Positions 27,338 to 36,029 of a stretch of 64,000 bases of DNA are shown here, in pieces (the stretch's first letter is position 1; the number at the start of each line of letters is the position of its first letter). The notes beneath the pieces were generated by a model that was given only the letters and a program-made list of their open reading frames with translations, ran no database searches and was not told the DNA's origin. The translations under genes and the position numbers were made by a program. The DNA lies in assembly GCA_965203855.1 (NCBI GenBank), contig CBDBDN010000005.1, positions 321,804 through 385,803 of the forward strand. Reading direction: 5' to 3'. Source of the stretch: Dehalococcoidia bacterium (GTDB lineage: Bacteria > Chloroflexota > Dehalococcoidia > Lucifugimonadales > UBA3495).

Positions 27338-29086
27338 TTAAGGCGCGGACGGCAGCGCAAACTCCGCTTCCCACAGTCGCGGCCCATCCGGTATGTACTG
27401 TCCAGTGTGAATCGCGGCAATAGAATACGGCGGCAGCTCCACTGTTGCGTTGCATTGTGCGCCAATCCGCCTGCCGTGTGTTGCAAAGGCAAAATCCAGG
27501 CCCTGATAGCCGTGCTGTTGTCGGTTAACTGATAAGTCTTCCGTTCTAATCGGGTAAATATGCAAAAAGAACAGAGCATCAACATCCGCTGCCGCGCAAT
27601 TCTCTTTGATATAGTACAGATTGCCGTCGCCCGCATAAATATCAAAATACGCGCGCGCCAGCGGTTCGCCTCCGGCAATCGGAGTATAAACGCCGGCTTC
27701 GCCGGAGGGCGCCATCGCAAACTCCGCTTCCCAAAGTCGCGGCCCGCCCCGTGTGTACTGGCCGGTGACTAGCAGCGTTATCGGGTGTCCCGGTAGCGCT
27801 ACGGACGCCGCGCACTTTCCGTCAGACAACAGGCCAACCCTTCTAAAATCAAAGTCCCGGTTCAGGAAGCCGTATTGTTGCCTACTGGCCGGCAAATCGC
27901 TTGGCTGCGCCGGGTAAATATGCAAAAAGAAGCTATCGGAAATATCCTCCGGAGAATAATTATCTTTGAAATAATATAGCCGGCCGTCTCTGCTGAAAAC
28001 ATTAAATACGGAACTGGATACTTGCTCAGCATCAGCAGCCGGCGTCGTGTAACTGGCCTCAAAGTACACCGACTGGTGCGTATCCGTAGTGAAATGCGCC
28101 AAAAGCGCCAGTCCGATGCCAACGGCAATTACCAGAACACATACCGCCGTGCCCAGCCGCTGCGGAGTAATCATTCCGGGCAATTTCAGGCCGCGACCCG
28201 GCCAATCCACTAATATGGCAAACCGCTTTTGCGACAGCAGTATCTCAACCGCATACCAGACGCTAATGATGCCAAGCAAATACTCGGTGAATTCCAGCGA
28301 GCGGTACGGGAAATACGCCGCCGCGTGGGCTTGCTGCATAGCATAAGCCTTGCCGCCAATGATTGCCGTGGCCGAAATTATCGCCGGCAGCAATTTGACG
28401 CGACCGCTGATTAGAGCATAACACGCCAGCAACGGCAGCAGCATAGTTATCTGGTTAAACAAAAAATACAAATATCTAGGCGACCAAACGTCATACTCAT
28501 ATGCGCTTGTTGCAATGATGCCCAGAATCATCAAAAACGAAGGCGCTGGAATACCCAGCAACCGATCCCGGCCGCAGAAAAATGCCGCAATCGCTATAAT
28601 ACACCAAATCAGGGCCGGTTGTGTGTAGAGTATATCGAACTGATCAGTGTATTTAGTACGAATGTTATGCAAATTCAATTCCTCTTGAATATTATTGTCC
28701 AGTAAATAATCCGGCGTCGCGAATCCAATAATTCGTTGCCCCCAGCTGATTTCTTCCCCGGCAACAAATACCAGCCCGATGCCGGCCAGAATGTACATAC
28801 TGCATACAAACTTACTCCCCCCCCCCCCCCGAGTCCGGCGGCGAGAAACAGCGTCGCTCCGGCTACCAAGAACCAAAACGCCGTAAGATATTCTACCCAG
28901 CTGTCCTCCAGCGCGAGCGCACTGTAAGTCGCCGGTTCGATGAGAGCTAGAACGCTAAAGCATAGAATATGTAAGCACACCACTCCGTAGCCGACCGCAG
29001 CAATACGGCCACCAAAACCGGCTGCGTCCCCCAGTAGATAGCTGAGATGCGGAGAACCCGTCGTCCGCCGCTGTCGGTGTAGCCAT
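27338..29086 (-). pseudogene. Polytopic membrane protein with two C-terminal copies of the shared module. The reading frame is broken at a C5/G5 run and a C14/G14 run.
   Basis: A strong RBS (AAGGAGGG) plus the ATG at 29086 are in frame with the long ORF 27338..28876. The ~200 nt between 29028-29032 and 28817-28830 is open only in another frame (ORF 28675..28983). That segment aligns with the N-terminus of the paralogue at 62840. Confidence 0.7.
28817..28830. repeat. 14-nt poly-C (poly-G on the coding strand) homopolymer inside a coding region
   Basis: Counted directly: cttact + 14 C + gagtcc. Confidence 0.95.
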
Positions 29087-29262
29087 CAGATTCCCTCCTT
29101 ATTCCCAAGCTCTTCCCCACCCGGCGCCGACATTATACAGCAACACGGCCCGGCGGCAATCAGCCAGCCCGTTTGCCACTGCCCGCCCGGTAGTCTATCA
29201 TTAGGGCGCGGGCGGCAGCCTCGGGCTGTCCCATTCGCGGCCCTCAGGAGATTACCAATTCT

Positions 29263-30327
29263 ATGACACCCGCCAACGTAGCCGATTCCGATATTGCCAT
29301 TGCCTCCGCTGCCCCCGGCGTTGCGAACACGCCGGCCGCCGGCGCATCCGCGCCCCTGCCCGACGGCCTCGCCGCTGCCGACCTGGTGGAAATCTGCCGC
29401 CAGCTGATCCTGGTGCGCGCCATGGACGAGCGCATCTGGATGATGAACCGGCAGGGCAAAGTGCCCATTGCCGCCTCCGCCCAAGGCCACGAAGCGGCGC
29501 AGCTCGGCTCCCTGCTGGCCGCCCGGCAGGATGGCAACTGCTTCCTGTTCCCCTACTACCGCGACCTGGCCATCAAAATGGCCGCCGGCCTCACGCCCCG
29601 CCAGGTAATGCTCTCCTTCATGGGCAAAGCCGGCGAACCCTACTCCGGCGCGCGCCAGTTCCCCTTGCAGGGCGCCGACCTCCCCCGCCGCATCATCCAA
29701 ATCTCCAATGTAGTAGCCGCCAGCCTGACCCAGAGCGTCGGCTACGCCCTCGGCTGCCAAATGCAGGGCGATGACACGGTAACCCTCTGCTACTTCGGCG
29801 ACGGCGCTACCAGCCAGGGCGAAACCCACGAAGCCATGAACTTCGCCGCCATTCACCGCCTCCCCATCGTCTTTATCTGCGAAAACAACAAATACGCCAT
29901 ATCCACCCCGCAAGACTTGCAGATGGTAGTTAGCGATGTCGCCGCGCGCGCCGAAGCCTACGGCTTCCCCGGCTTCGTAGTTGACGGAATGGATGTAATA
30001 GCCTGCTACGAGGCGGCCCGCCAAGGAATCGTCCACGCCCGCCGCGCCGGCCCGTCCCTGGTGGAAATGAAAGTAGAGCGCTTTATGCCTCACACTACCG
30101 ACGATGACGACCGCCGCTATCGCGACCGCGACGCCGTGGACGCGGCCCGCGCCCGCGACCCGGTAACCGCCTTCCCCGCCGACCTGCTGCGCCGCGGCAT
30201 CCTGTCCCAGCAGCAGATTGACCAGTTCCACGCCGACGCCCAGCAGCAAGTCAACGACGCCACCGACTTCGCCGACGCCGCCGCCCCGCCGGACGCCGCT
30301 ACGATTTACGACCATCTGTATGCGTAG
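29263..30327 (+). CDS. 2-oxo-acid dehydrogenase E1 alpha subunit (PDH/BCKDH type, ThDP-dependent)
   Basis: Matching segments are RAMDERIWMMNRQGK, YFGDGATSQGETHEAMNFAA and PIVFICENNKYAIS. Confidence 0.9.
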   Translation: MTPANVADSDIAIASAAPGVANTPAAGASAPLPDGLAAADLVEICRQLILVRAMDERIWMMNRQGKVPIAASAQGHEAAQLGSLLAARQDGNCFLFPYYRDLAIKMAAGLTPRQVMLSFMGKAGEPYSGARQFPLQGADLPRRIIQISNVVAASLTQSVGYALGCQMQGDDTVTLCYFGDGATSQGETHEAMNFAAIHRLPIVFICENNKYAISTPQDLQMVVSDVAARAEAYGFPGFVVDGMDVIACYEAARQGIVHARRAGPSLVEMKVERFMPHTTDDDDRRYRDRDAVDAARARDPVTAFPADLLRRGILSQQQIDQFHADAQQQVNDATDFADAAAPPDAATIYDHLYA

Positions 30328-30395
30328 CGGCGCCGGTATGTGCAGTAGAATGTTGACGGCGCCGGCGGTTGCCGGCAGCGGGCGGCGGCACTAAA

Positions 30396-30845
30396 ATGAC
30401 TGCCAAAAGCGCTGCGCTCCCGGCCCGTCTGCTGCGTTATCTGGGGAACATCGTCCGCCTGGCGATTCTGGTCGGCATTTATGCGCTGGTGCTGTTTTAT
30501 TTGAATGCCACCGCCGCCGACCTGGATACCCCGCCCATCCCGACCAAAATCACCATCGCCCTTATCGCCCTCGGCATCACCGGCAGCATCTACCGCATTC
30601 TGGCCCAAATCGCCGCCGAAGCCAAAGGAGCTATCATGGTAATCGCCGCTTTCCTCAACACCCATCTGCTGGAACCCCGCAAGCAACGCCTCCGCGCCGA
30701 AGGATTCAACGAAGGCCAAGCGCAAGGCCGCGCCGCAACCTTGGCCGAAGTCCGTTCACTTTTGCAGGAACAGGGCTTCAATCTGAACGAGATCGCGCTG
30801 CCCCATGCCGGCGATACCGAATCCGAAAACGCGGAACGCTGCTAA
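30396..30845 (+). CDS. Hypothetical membrane protein inserted between the E1 alpha and E1 beta genes
   Basis: Two or three TM helices, then the tail FLNTHLLEPRKQRLRAEGFNEG...LQEQGFNLNEIALPHAGDTESENAERC. Confidence 0.5.
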   Translation: MTAKSAALPARLLRYLGNIVRLAILVGIYALVLFYLNATAADLDTPPIPTKITIALIALGITGSIYRILAQIAAEAKGAIMVIAAFLNTHLLEPRKQRLRAEGFNEGQAQGRAATLAEVRSLLQEQGFNLNEIALPHAGDTESENAERC

Positions 30846-30940
30846 ACCAACCTCAACCCGGCCCGACGCACCCGCAGTTCCCGAATGCAACGCCAATGGA
30901 CGAAAACATTAGGGCAAAAATGACGATGTAAAAGGACATC

Positions 30941-31174
30941 ATGGTAATCGCCGATTTCCTCAATACCCATCTGCTGGAACCCCGCAAGCAGCGCCTCCGC
31001 GCCGAAGGATTTAGCGAAGGCTACGCGCTGGGCTATTCCGAAGGATTCAGCGAAGGCCGCGCTGCAACGCTGCCCGAAGCTCGTTCACTTTTGCAGGAAC
31101 AGGGCTTCAATCTGGACGAAATAGCCCTGCCCCACGCCGGCGATACCGAATCCGAAAACGCGGAACGCTGCTAA
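30941..31174 (+). pseudogene. Duplicated C-terminal fragment of the preceding membrane-protein gene
   Basis: 77-aa ORF nearly identical to the tail of 30396..30845. It is part of a ~306-bp tandem duplication. Confidence 0.55.
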
Positions 31175-31239
31175 ACCAACCTCAACCCGGCCCGACGCAT
31201 CCGCCATTGCCGAATGCAACGCCAACGGACGAAAACATT

Positions 31240-32223
31240 ATGCCTGAAATGACGGTTATCGAAGCAGTCCGCTCCGCACTCCACGAGGAAATGGCCCGCG
31301 ACGACCGCGTTTTCGTGATGGGCGAGGACGTCGGACAGCGCGGCGGCGTATTCCTCGCTACCCAAGGCTTCATCGAGGATTTCGGCCCCCAGCGCGTGTT
31401 GGATACCCCCCTGGCCGAAGCCTCTATCATGGGCATTGCCCTCGGCGCCGCTTTCCGCGGGATGCGCCCCGTCCCCGAAGTCCAGTTCTCCGATTTCGTC
31501 TGGCCCAGCGTCAACCAGCTTATCGGCGAAGCCGCCCGCGTCCATTACGGCACCAACGGCGCGCTCAAAGTCCCCATGACCGTCCGCATTCCCTACGGCG
31601 GCGGCATCCGCGGCGGCTTGTATCATTCGCAGAATGTCGAAGCCCTGTTCTTTCACACCCCCGGCCTGCTGGTCGTAACCCCCGCTACGCCTTACGAAGC
31701 CAAAGGCCTGCTCAAGTCGGCCATCCGCGACGACAACCCCGTCATCTTTCTGGAACACAAAAAAACCTATCGGCTGGTGCGCGGCGAAGTCCCGGATGAC
31801 GACTACACCATCCCCATCGGCCCGGCCGACATCAAGCGCGCCGGCAGCGATGTAACCGTAGTATCCTACGGGCTGGCGATGCATTACTGCCTCGCCGCCG
31901 CCAACACGGTAGCCGCCGAGGGCGTCAGCGCCGAAGTCGTTGACCTCCGCACTCTCAAGCCGCTGGATACCGATACCATCCTGCAATCCGTCCGCAAGAC
32001 CGGCCGGCTGCTGGTGGTGCATGAGGACAACATCAGCGGCGGCATCGGCGCCGAAATCGCCGCCCGCGCCGCCAATGACGCTTTTGAGTACCTGGACGCC
32101 CCCGTCGCCCGACTCTGCGGCCCCGATGTTCCGACCATGCCATTCGCCCAGTCCCTGGAGGACGCCTATATGCCCAGCCCGGATACCATCGCCGCCGCAC
32201 TCCGCCGCCTCGCCGCCTACTAA
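31240..32223 (+). CDS. 2-oxo-acid dehydrogenase E1 beta subunit
   Basis: Matching segments are MTVIEAVRSALHEEMARDDRVFVMGEDVG and TPLAEASIMGIALGAA, followed by a transketolase-like C-terminal domain. Confidence 0.9.
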   Translation: MPEMTVIEAVRSALHEEMARDDRVFVMGEDVGQRGGVFLATQGFIEDFGPQRVLDTPLAEASIMGIALGAAFRGMRPVPEVQFSDFVWPSVNQLIGEAARVHYGTNGALKVPMTVRIPYGGGIRGGLYHSQNVEALFFHTPGLLVVTPATPYEAKGLLKSAIRDDNPVIFLEHKKTYRLVRGEVPDDDYTIPIGPADIKRAGSDVTVVSYGLAMHYCLAAANTVAAEGVSAEVVDLRTLKPLDTDTILQSVRKTGRLLVVHEDNISGGIGAEIAARAANDAFEYLDAPVARLCGPDVPTMPFAQSLEDAYMPSPDTIAAALRRLAAY

Positions 32224-32301
32224 CCCTGCGTCGCCCAACCAGATCGCAAACCCGTCCCGGCAGCCGGACAGCCAATAGCGCATTCCCAGTCATTAGCCGT
32301 C

Positions 32302-32321
32302 ATTCCGGCTTGCGCCGGAAT
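32302..32321. repeat. REP-like palindrome copy (inverted orientation)
   Basis: GTCATTCCGGCTTGCGCCGGAATCTA, intergenic between the E1 beta and E2 genes. Confidence 0.7.
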
Positions 32322-32432
32322 CTACGCACGCCGGTGGACTACGGCTTTCGCCGGGGATAAGGATCCATGCCCGAAAAGAAACGTTGCCATCCCAGTATTG
32401 GCTAACTAGATTGACCCAATGAGGATTAACCA

Positions 32433-33902
32433 GTGGCGCAATTTATTGAACTGCCTCACGTCGGTGAAAGCGTCGTCGAAGGCACCATCGGCAAGTGGCT
32501 CAAGCAGCCCGGCGAGCGCGTAGAACGCTACGACCCGCTGGTGGAAGTCGTTACCGACAAAGTAACGATGGAAGTCCCCTCTCCCGTCGCCGGAGAGCTG
32601 CTCCGCATCATCGCCCAGGAGGGCGAAACCGTGCCGATGGGCGCCCCCATCGCCGAGGTTGACACCGGAGACGCAGCCCCCGCGCCAGCCCGGCCTGCGC
32701 CCGCATCCGTGGCATCCGCAGCATCAGCGCCGCCCGCCCCGCCGTCGCCGCCCGCCGCCCCGGTTCCCGTCGCCTACCTGCTGGACGCGCAGCCCGTCGG
32801 ACCTACCGGCGGCTCCGCCGTCGCAGCCCGCGCCGCTGAACAGAATGACCCGGCGCCGGCCCCAGCCACCGTTGCATCGCCCGCCCCGGCCTCGGCGTCC
32901 ATCCCTCCCAACCGGCCAACCCCGCCGGCAGCAGATATTCCGCCGGCAGCCGACGCCACAGCGCCGCCCAACCGCCTCTCCCCGGCGGTACGCCGGCTGG
33001 CGCGTGAACACAATATAGATGTGAGCCGCATCGCCGGCTCCGGCATGGGCGGGCGCGTTACCCGCAACGACGTCCTGCGCTACCTGGAAACCGCCGCCGT
33101 CGCTGATGCCCCTGCCCCTGCCGCGGCCGCCGCCATTGCCGACGCCGTCGCTCCGATGCCGTCCGCCCCGGTTGCGCCAATGCCGCCCATTGCCGCTGCT
33201 GCTGCCGACGATGAACGCATCCCCCTAACCCCCGTGCGCCGTATGATTGCCGATGCAATGGTGCGCTCGGTCACGCAAATCCCCCACGCTTGGAGTATGG
33301 TTGAGGCGGACATTACCAATCTGGTAAGCCTCCGCAGTCGGGAACGCGACGCTTTCCGCCGCCGCGAGGGCGTCAGCCTCACCTATCTGCCCTTTGCCCT
33401 CAAAGCGGTAGCCGCCGCCCTGAAAGACAACCCCACGCTGAACGCATCCTGGGCCGATGACGCCATCATCCTGAAACGCCGCATCAATCTGGGCATCGCC
33501 GTTGCCGCCCCCGGCGGCCTGGTAGTGCCGGTTATCCACGACGCCGACCGTTTGAGCATCGCCGGCCTGTCCCACGCCGTCGCCGATTTGTCCGACCGCG
33601 CCCGCGCCGGCACCCTCCGCCTGGACGATGTGCAAGGCGGCACTTTTACCGTCAACAACACCGGCGCCCTCGGCAGCATCCTCGGCGGCCCAATCATCAA
33701 CTATCCGCAAGCCGCCATCCTCACTACCGAAGCCGCCCAGCAACGCCCCATCGTTATCAACGACGCCATCGCCATCCGCTGGATGATGAACCTCTGCCTC
33801 TCCTTTGACCACCGCATCAACGACGGCGCCGAATCCGGCGCATTCCTGCAATCCGTCAAGCATCGCCTCGAGACGATGGATGACGCTACCCCCATTTACT
33901 GA
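32433..33902 (+). CDS. Dihydrolipoamide acyltransferase E2 component
   Basis: GTG start after GAGGA. Lipoyl domain (VVTDKVTMEVPSP), Ala/Pro linkers, E3-binding domain (SPAVRRLAREHNIDVSRIAGSGMGGRVT) and a catalytic DHRINDG. Confidence 0.9.
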   Translation: MAQFIELPHVGESVVEGTIGKWLKQPGERVERYDPLVEVVTDKVTMEVPSPVAGELLRIIAQEGETVPMGAPIAEVDTGDAAPAPARPAPASVASAASAPPAPPSPPAAPVPVAYLLDAQPVGPTGGSAVAARAAEQNDPAPAPATVASPAPASASIPPNRPTPPAADIPPAADATAPPNRLSPAVRRLAREHNIDVSRIAGSGMGGRVTRNDVLRYLETAAVADAPAPAAAAAIADAVAPMPSAPVAPMPPIAAAAADDERIPLTPVRRMIADAMVRSVTQIPHAWSMVEADITNLVSLRSRERDAFRRREGVSLTYLPFALKAVAAALKDNPTLNASWADDAIILKRRINLGIAVAAPGGLVVPVIHDADRLSIAGLSHAVADLSDRARAGTLRLDDVQGGTFTVNNTGALGSILGGPIINYPQAAILTTEAAQQRPIVINDAIAIRWMMNLCLSFDHRINDGAESGAFLQSVKHRLETMDDATPIY

Positions 33903-34602
33903 CGCTGCGTCCAACGCCAATGCCAACGCCGCCGGCGCTCCCGGCGTCTGCCGCATCATCCGCGCCGGCATCGTACCCTACCGCCAGGCGTGGGACTGGC
34001 AGCTTGAAATTGCCGACCAGGTGCGGAACGGCGCCGCCCCCGAAACCCTCCTGCTGCTGGAACACCCCCCCACTTACACCCGCGGCCGCCTGGCCCCCGA
34101 CAGCCACCTCCTCCTGGACGCCGCCGCCCTGGCCGCGCGCGGCATCACTCTGGTAGAAACCGACCGCGGCGGCCTGATTACCTGGCACGGCCCCGGCCAG
34201 CTCGTAGCCTACCCCGTCATCCGGCTGCGCGGGCGCGGCGGTCCCCACTGGTATGTCCGCACTCTCGAGCAGGTAATCATCGCCGCCTTGTCCGATTTCG
34301 GAATGCCGGCGACTGCCGTTGCCGGATTGACCGGCGTCTGGACCGCCGACGGACGTCGCAAGATTGCCGCCATCGGCGTCAAAATCGCCGGCGGCATCGC
34401 CTATCACGGCTTTGCCGTCAACATTGACCCCGACTTGACGATGTACGACGGCATCATCCCCTGCGGCATCCCCGACCGGGGCGTAACCGCCCTGGCCGCC
34501 GAACTGCCCACGCCGCCGCCCCCAGACGCCGTAGCCAACGCCCTGTCCCATCATTTCTGCGCCGCCATCGGCCTGAAGCCTTTGTACCCGGATTTTTTGT
34601 AA
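33880..34602 (+). CDS. lipB: Octanoyltransferase (lipoyl(octanoyl) transferase)
   Basis: Matching segments are LLLEHPPTYTRG, ETDRGGLITWHGPGQLVAYP, KIAAIGVKI and PCGI. The only in-frame ATG overlaps the E2 end by 23 nt. Confidence 0.85.
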   Translation: MTLPPFTDAASNANANAAGAPGVCRIIRAGIVPYRQAWDWQLEIADQVRNGAAPETLLLLEHPPTYTRGRLAPDSHLLLDAAALAARGITLVETDRGGLITWHGPGQLVAYPVIRLRGRGGPHWYVRTLEQVIIAALSDFGMPATAVAGLTGVWTADGRRKIAAIGVKIAGGIAYHGFAVNIDPDLTMYDGIIPCGIPDRGVTALAAELPTPPPPDAVANALSHHFCAAIGLKPLYPDFL

Positions 34603-34607
34603 TCATC

Positions 34608-34640
34608 ATCCCGGCGCAAGCCGGAATGACGATGAATATG
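34608..34640. repeat. REP-like palindrome copy
   Basis: ATCCCGGCGCAAGCCGGAATGACGATGAATATG sits between lipB and the convergent SGNH gene. Confidence 0.6.
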
Positions 34641-34661
34641 TCCGCACGCCTTGATAGAGCG

Positions 34662-35942
34662 CTAGGGCGATGTCCCCATCTCGCAAACCTCCCGGTTGTG
34701 TTCCAGCCATTCCAGCAAGGCTTCCGCCGCCCACTGGTGGCCGGCGGGAGTCCAGTGAATATCGTTAGTCCAGACGGCTGCGGAGAGGTCTCCGCCCTGG
34801 CGGAGGATGTAATCGTGCAGGTTGATGACTGGAATGTTATGCGCGGCGGCAAGTCGGTTTAAGAGATTAAACCGGGGGTGCTGCCGACCGCCCATTGCGG
34901 TTTCGGAGAGGATAACCAGGGCGGCGCCGTCGCGTGCGGCGCGGGCCTGAAATTCGCCCAGCGCCAAGCCGGTAAGCGTAATGGCTTGCTGGTAGGCGGG
35001 GGCGGGATTGTCGGCGGCAATCTGATCATACAATGCCTGGTGGCCGGACAGCGCGGCGTCTGTTGGCTGCCAGCCGTCCAACAGGCCGGACGCATCATAA
35101 TGCTGGCGGTACAGTTCCAGGTACTGGCGGCGCTCCGGCACGATGTCCACTAGATACCTGCGATGCAGCTGTTTGAACTTGAGGTCCAGCCACCGCGCGA
35201 ACCAGGATACCCGGCCAGCTTGGTGAAGTTCCCGGCTAATCAGCGGCGGCGGCGTTGCCGGCGGCACATAAGCCGGATTATCCGGGTCAGGATTATGCCA
35301 TTGCAAAGTTCCGTCCGGGGCCAATTCCGCAGCCAGATACTCACCCTGCCCCGGCGGTTTCCGAGTATAGACCATGGTTAATAGAGGAGAATTGTCTTGC
35401 AGGTCGTTAGGGTAAAAGACCAAAACTACCAAATCGGGGTTCAGCCGGCGCGCAAACCGGTCGTAAAGCGGCAGCTGACCAAACTGGCCGCTGCCGTTAA
35501 GTCCGTATGCGGATACAGTAAGGGCGAGCTCCGGCAGTCTCTGCTCGGCCAACTGCGCCAGCTTTACCTGAATTTTGTCGGCAATGGGTACTTCTGTCGC
35601 TGCTACGAAAGAATCGCCGATGATGCTGATGTGGCAGCCCGCCGCCGCCCGCTCCGGGCTGACGGGTTCCCGATCCATAAAGCCCAGGCTGTTGGTGCGC
35701 TCGGTTACCCAGAAATCATCGTAGTTGGTCCAGCGCATTTCGGTGTCGGGCGCAAACAAACGGCCAATGCCGGGGACAAACACCGTCAGCAACTGCCGTT
35801 CCATAAAGGGCTTGGACAGTCGGAAATAGGCTTCTCCGGCAAGCCAAATCAAGGCCAAGCCCGCTAGAATGAGCAGCGCATTCCAGCTAATCAGCCTGGC
35901 AACCCGGTAGAGTCGGGGGGGGGGGATAGAATTTAGTCGCAT
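34662..35942 (-). CDS. Membrane-anchored SGNH/GDSL-type hydrolase (paralogue 1)
   Basis: N-terminal TM helix. SGNH blocks are IIGDSF, YGLNGSG, FYPNDL and a C-terminal DIHWTPAGH. A C11 run spans codons 6-9 (IPPPR). Confidence 0.72.
   Translation of the reverse strand: MRLNSIPPPRLYRVARLISWNALLILAGLALIWLAGEAYFRLSKPFMERQLLTVFVPGIGRLFAPDTEMRWTNYDDFWVTERTNSLGFMDREPVSPERAAAGCHISIIGDSFVAATEVPIADKIQVKLAQLAEQRLPELALTVSAYGLNGSGQFGQLPLYDRFARRLNPDLVVLVFYPNDLQDNSPLLTMVYTRKPPGQGEYLAAELAPDGTLQWHNPDPDNPAYVPPATPPPLISRELHQAGRVSWFARWLDLKFKQLHRRYLVDIVPERRQYLELYRQHYDASGLLDGWQPTDAALSGHQALYDQIAADNPAPAYQQAITLTGLALGEFQARAARDGAALVILSETAMGGRQHPRFNLLNRLAAAHNIPVINLHDYILRQGGDLSAAVWTNDIHWTPAGHQWAAEALLEWLEHNREVCEMGTSP
35915..35925. 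repeat. 11-nt poly-G (poly-C on the coding strand) tract in codons 6-9 of the SGNH gene
   Basis: Counted directly: agtc + 11 G + ataga. Confidence 0.95.
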
Positions 35943-36029
35943 AGGTTGGAGCCGTAACGATAGCGGATGCGCTGGGGTTCAGCAGGATGAAATCGGCAAC
36001 TGGCCAGCATCAACTAACTCTCGCATCAG

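Noticed and set aside
28817-28830. Programmed ribosomal frameshifting at the broken genes (OppC-like, hicA, 27338..29086, 56591..57171)
   Set aside because: There is no slippery heptamer with a downstream structure. Every break is at a mononucleotide run. Indel, slippage or sequencing error fits better, and the phase-variation alternative is kept as a finding.
29086-30315. 409-aa minus-strand ORF
   Set aside because: It is antisense to the E1 alpha gene. The same reasoning applies to 31171..32283 (antisense to E1 beta), 33225..33971 (E2), 54092..55660 (purD/guaA) and 61485..62756 (the ACAD-like gene).
32690-33230. Separate small ORFs in the Ala/Pro-rich stretch
   Set aside because: These are the flexible linkers of the E2 acyltransferase, between the lipoyl, E3-binding and catalytic domains. 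The alternative frames are compositional artefacts.
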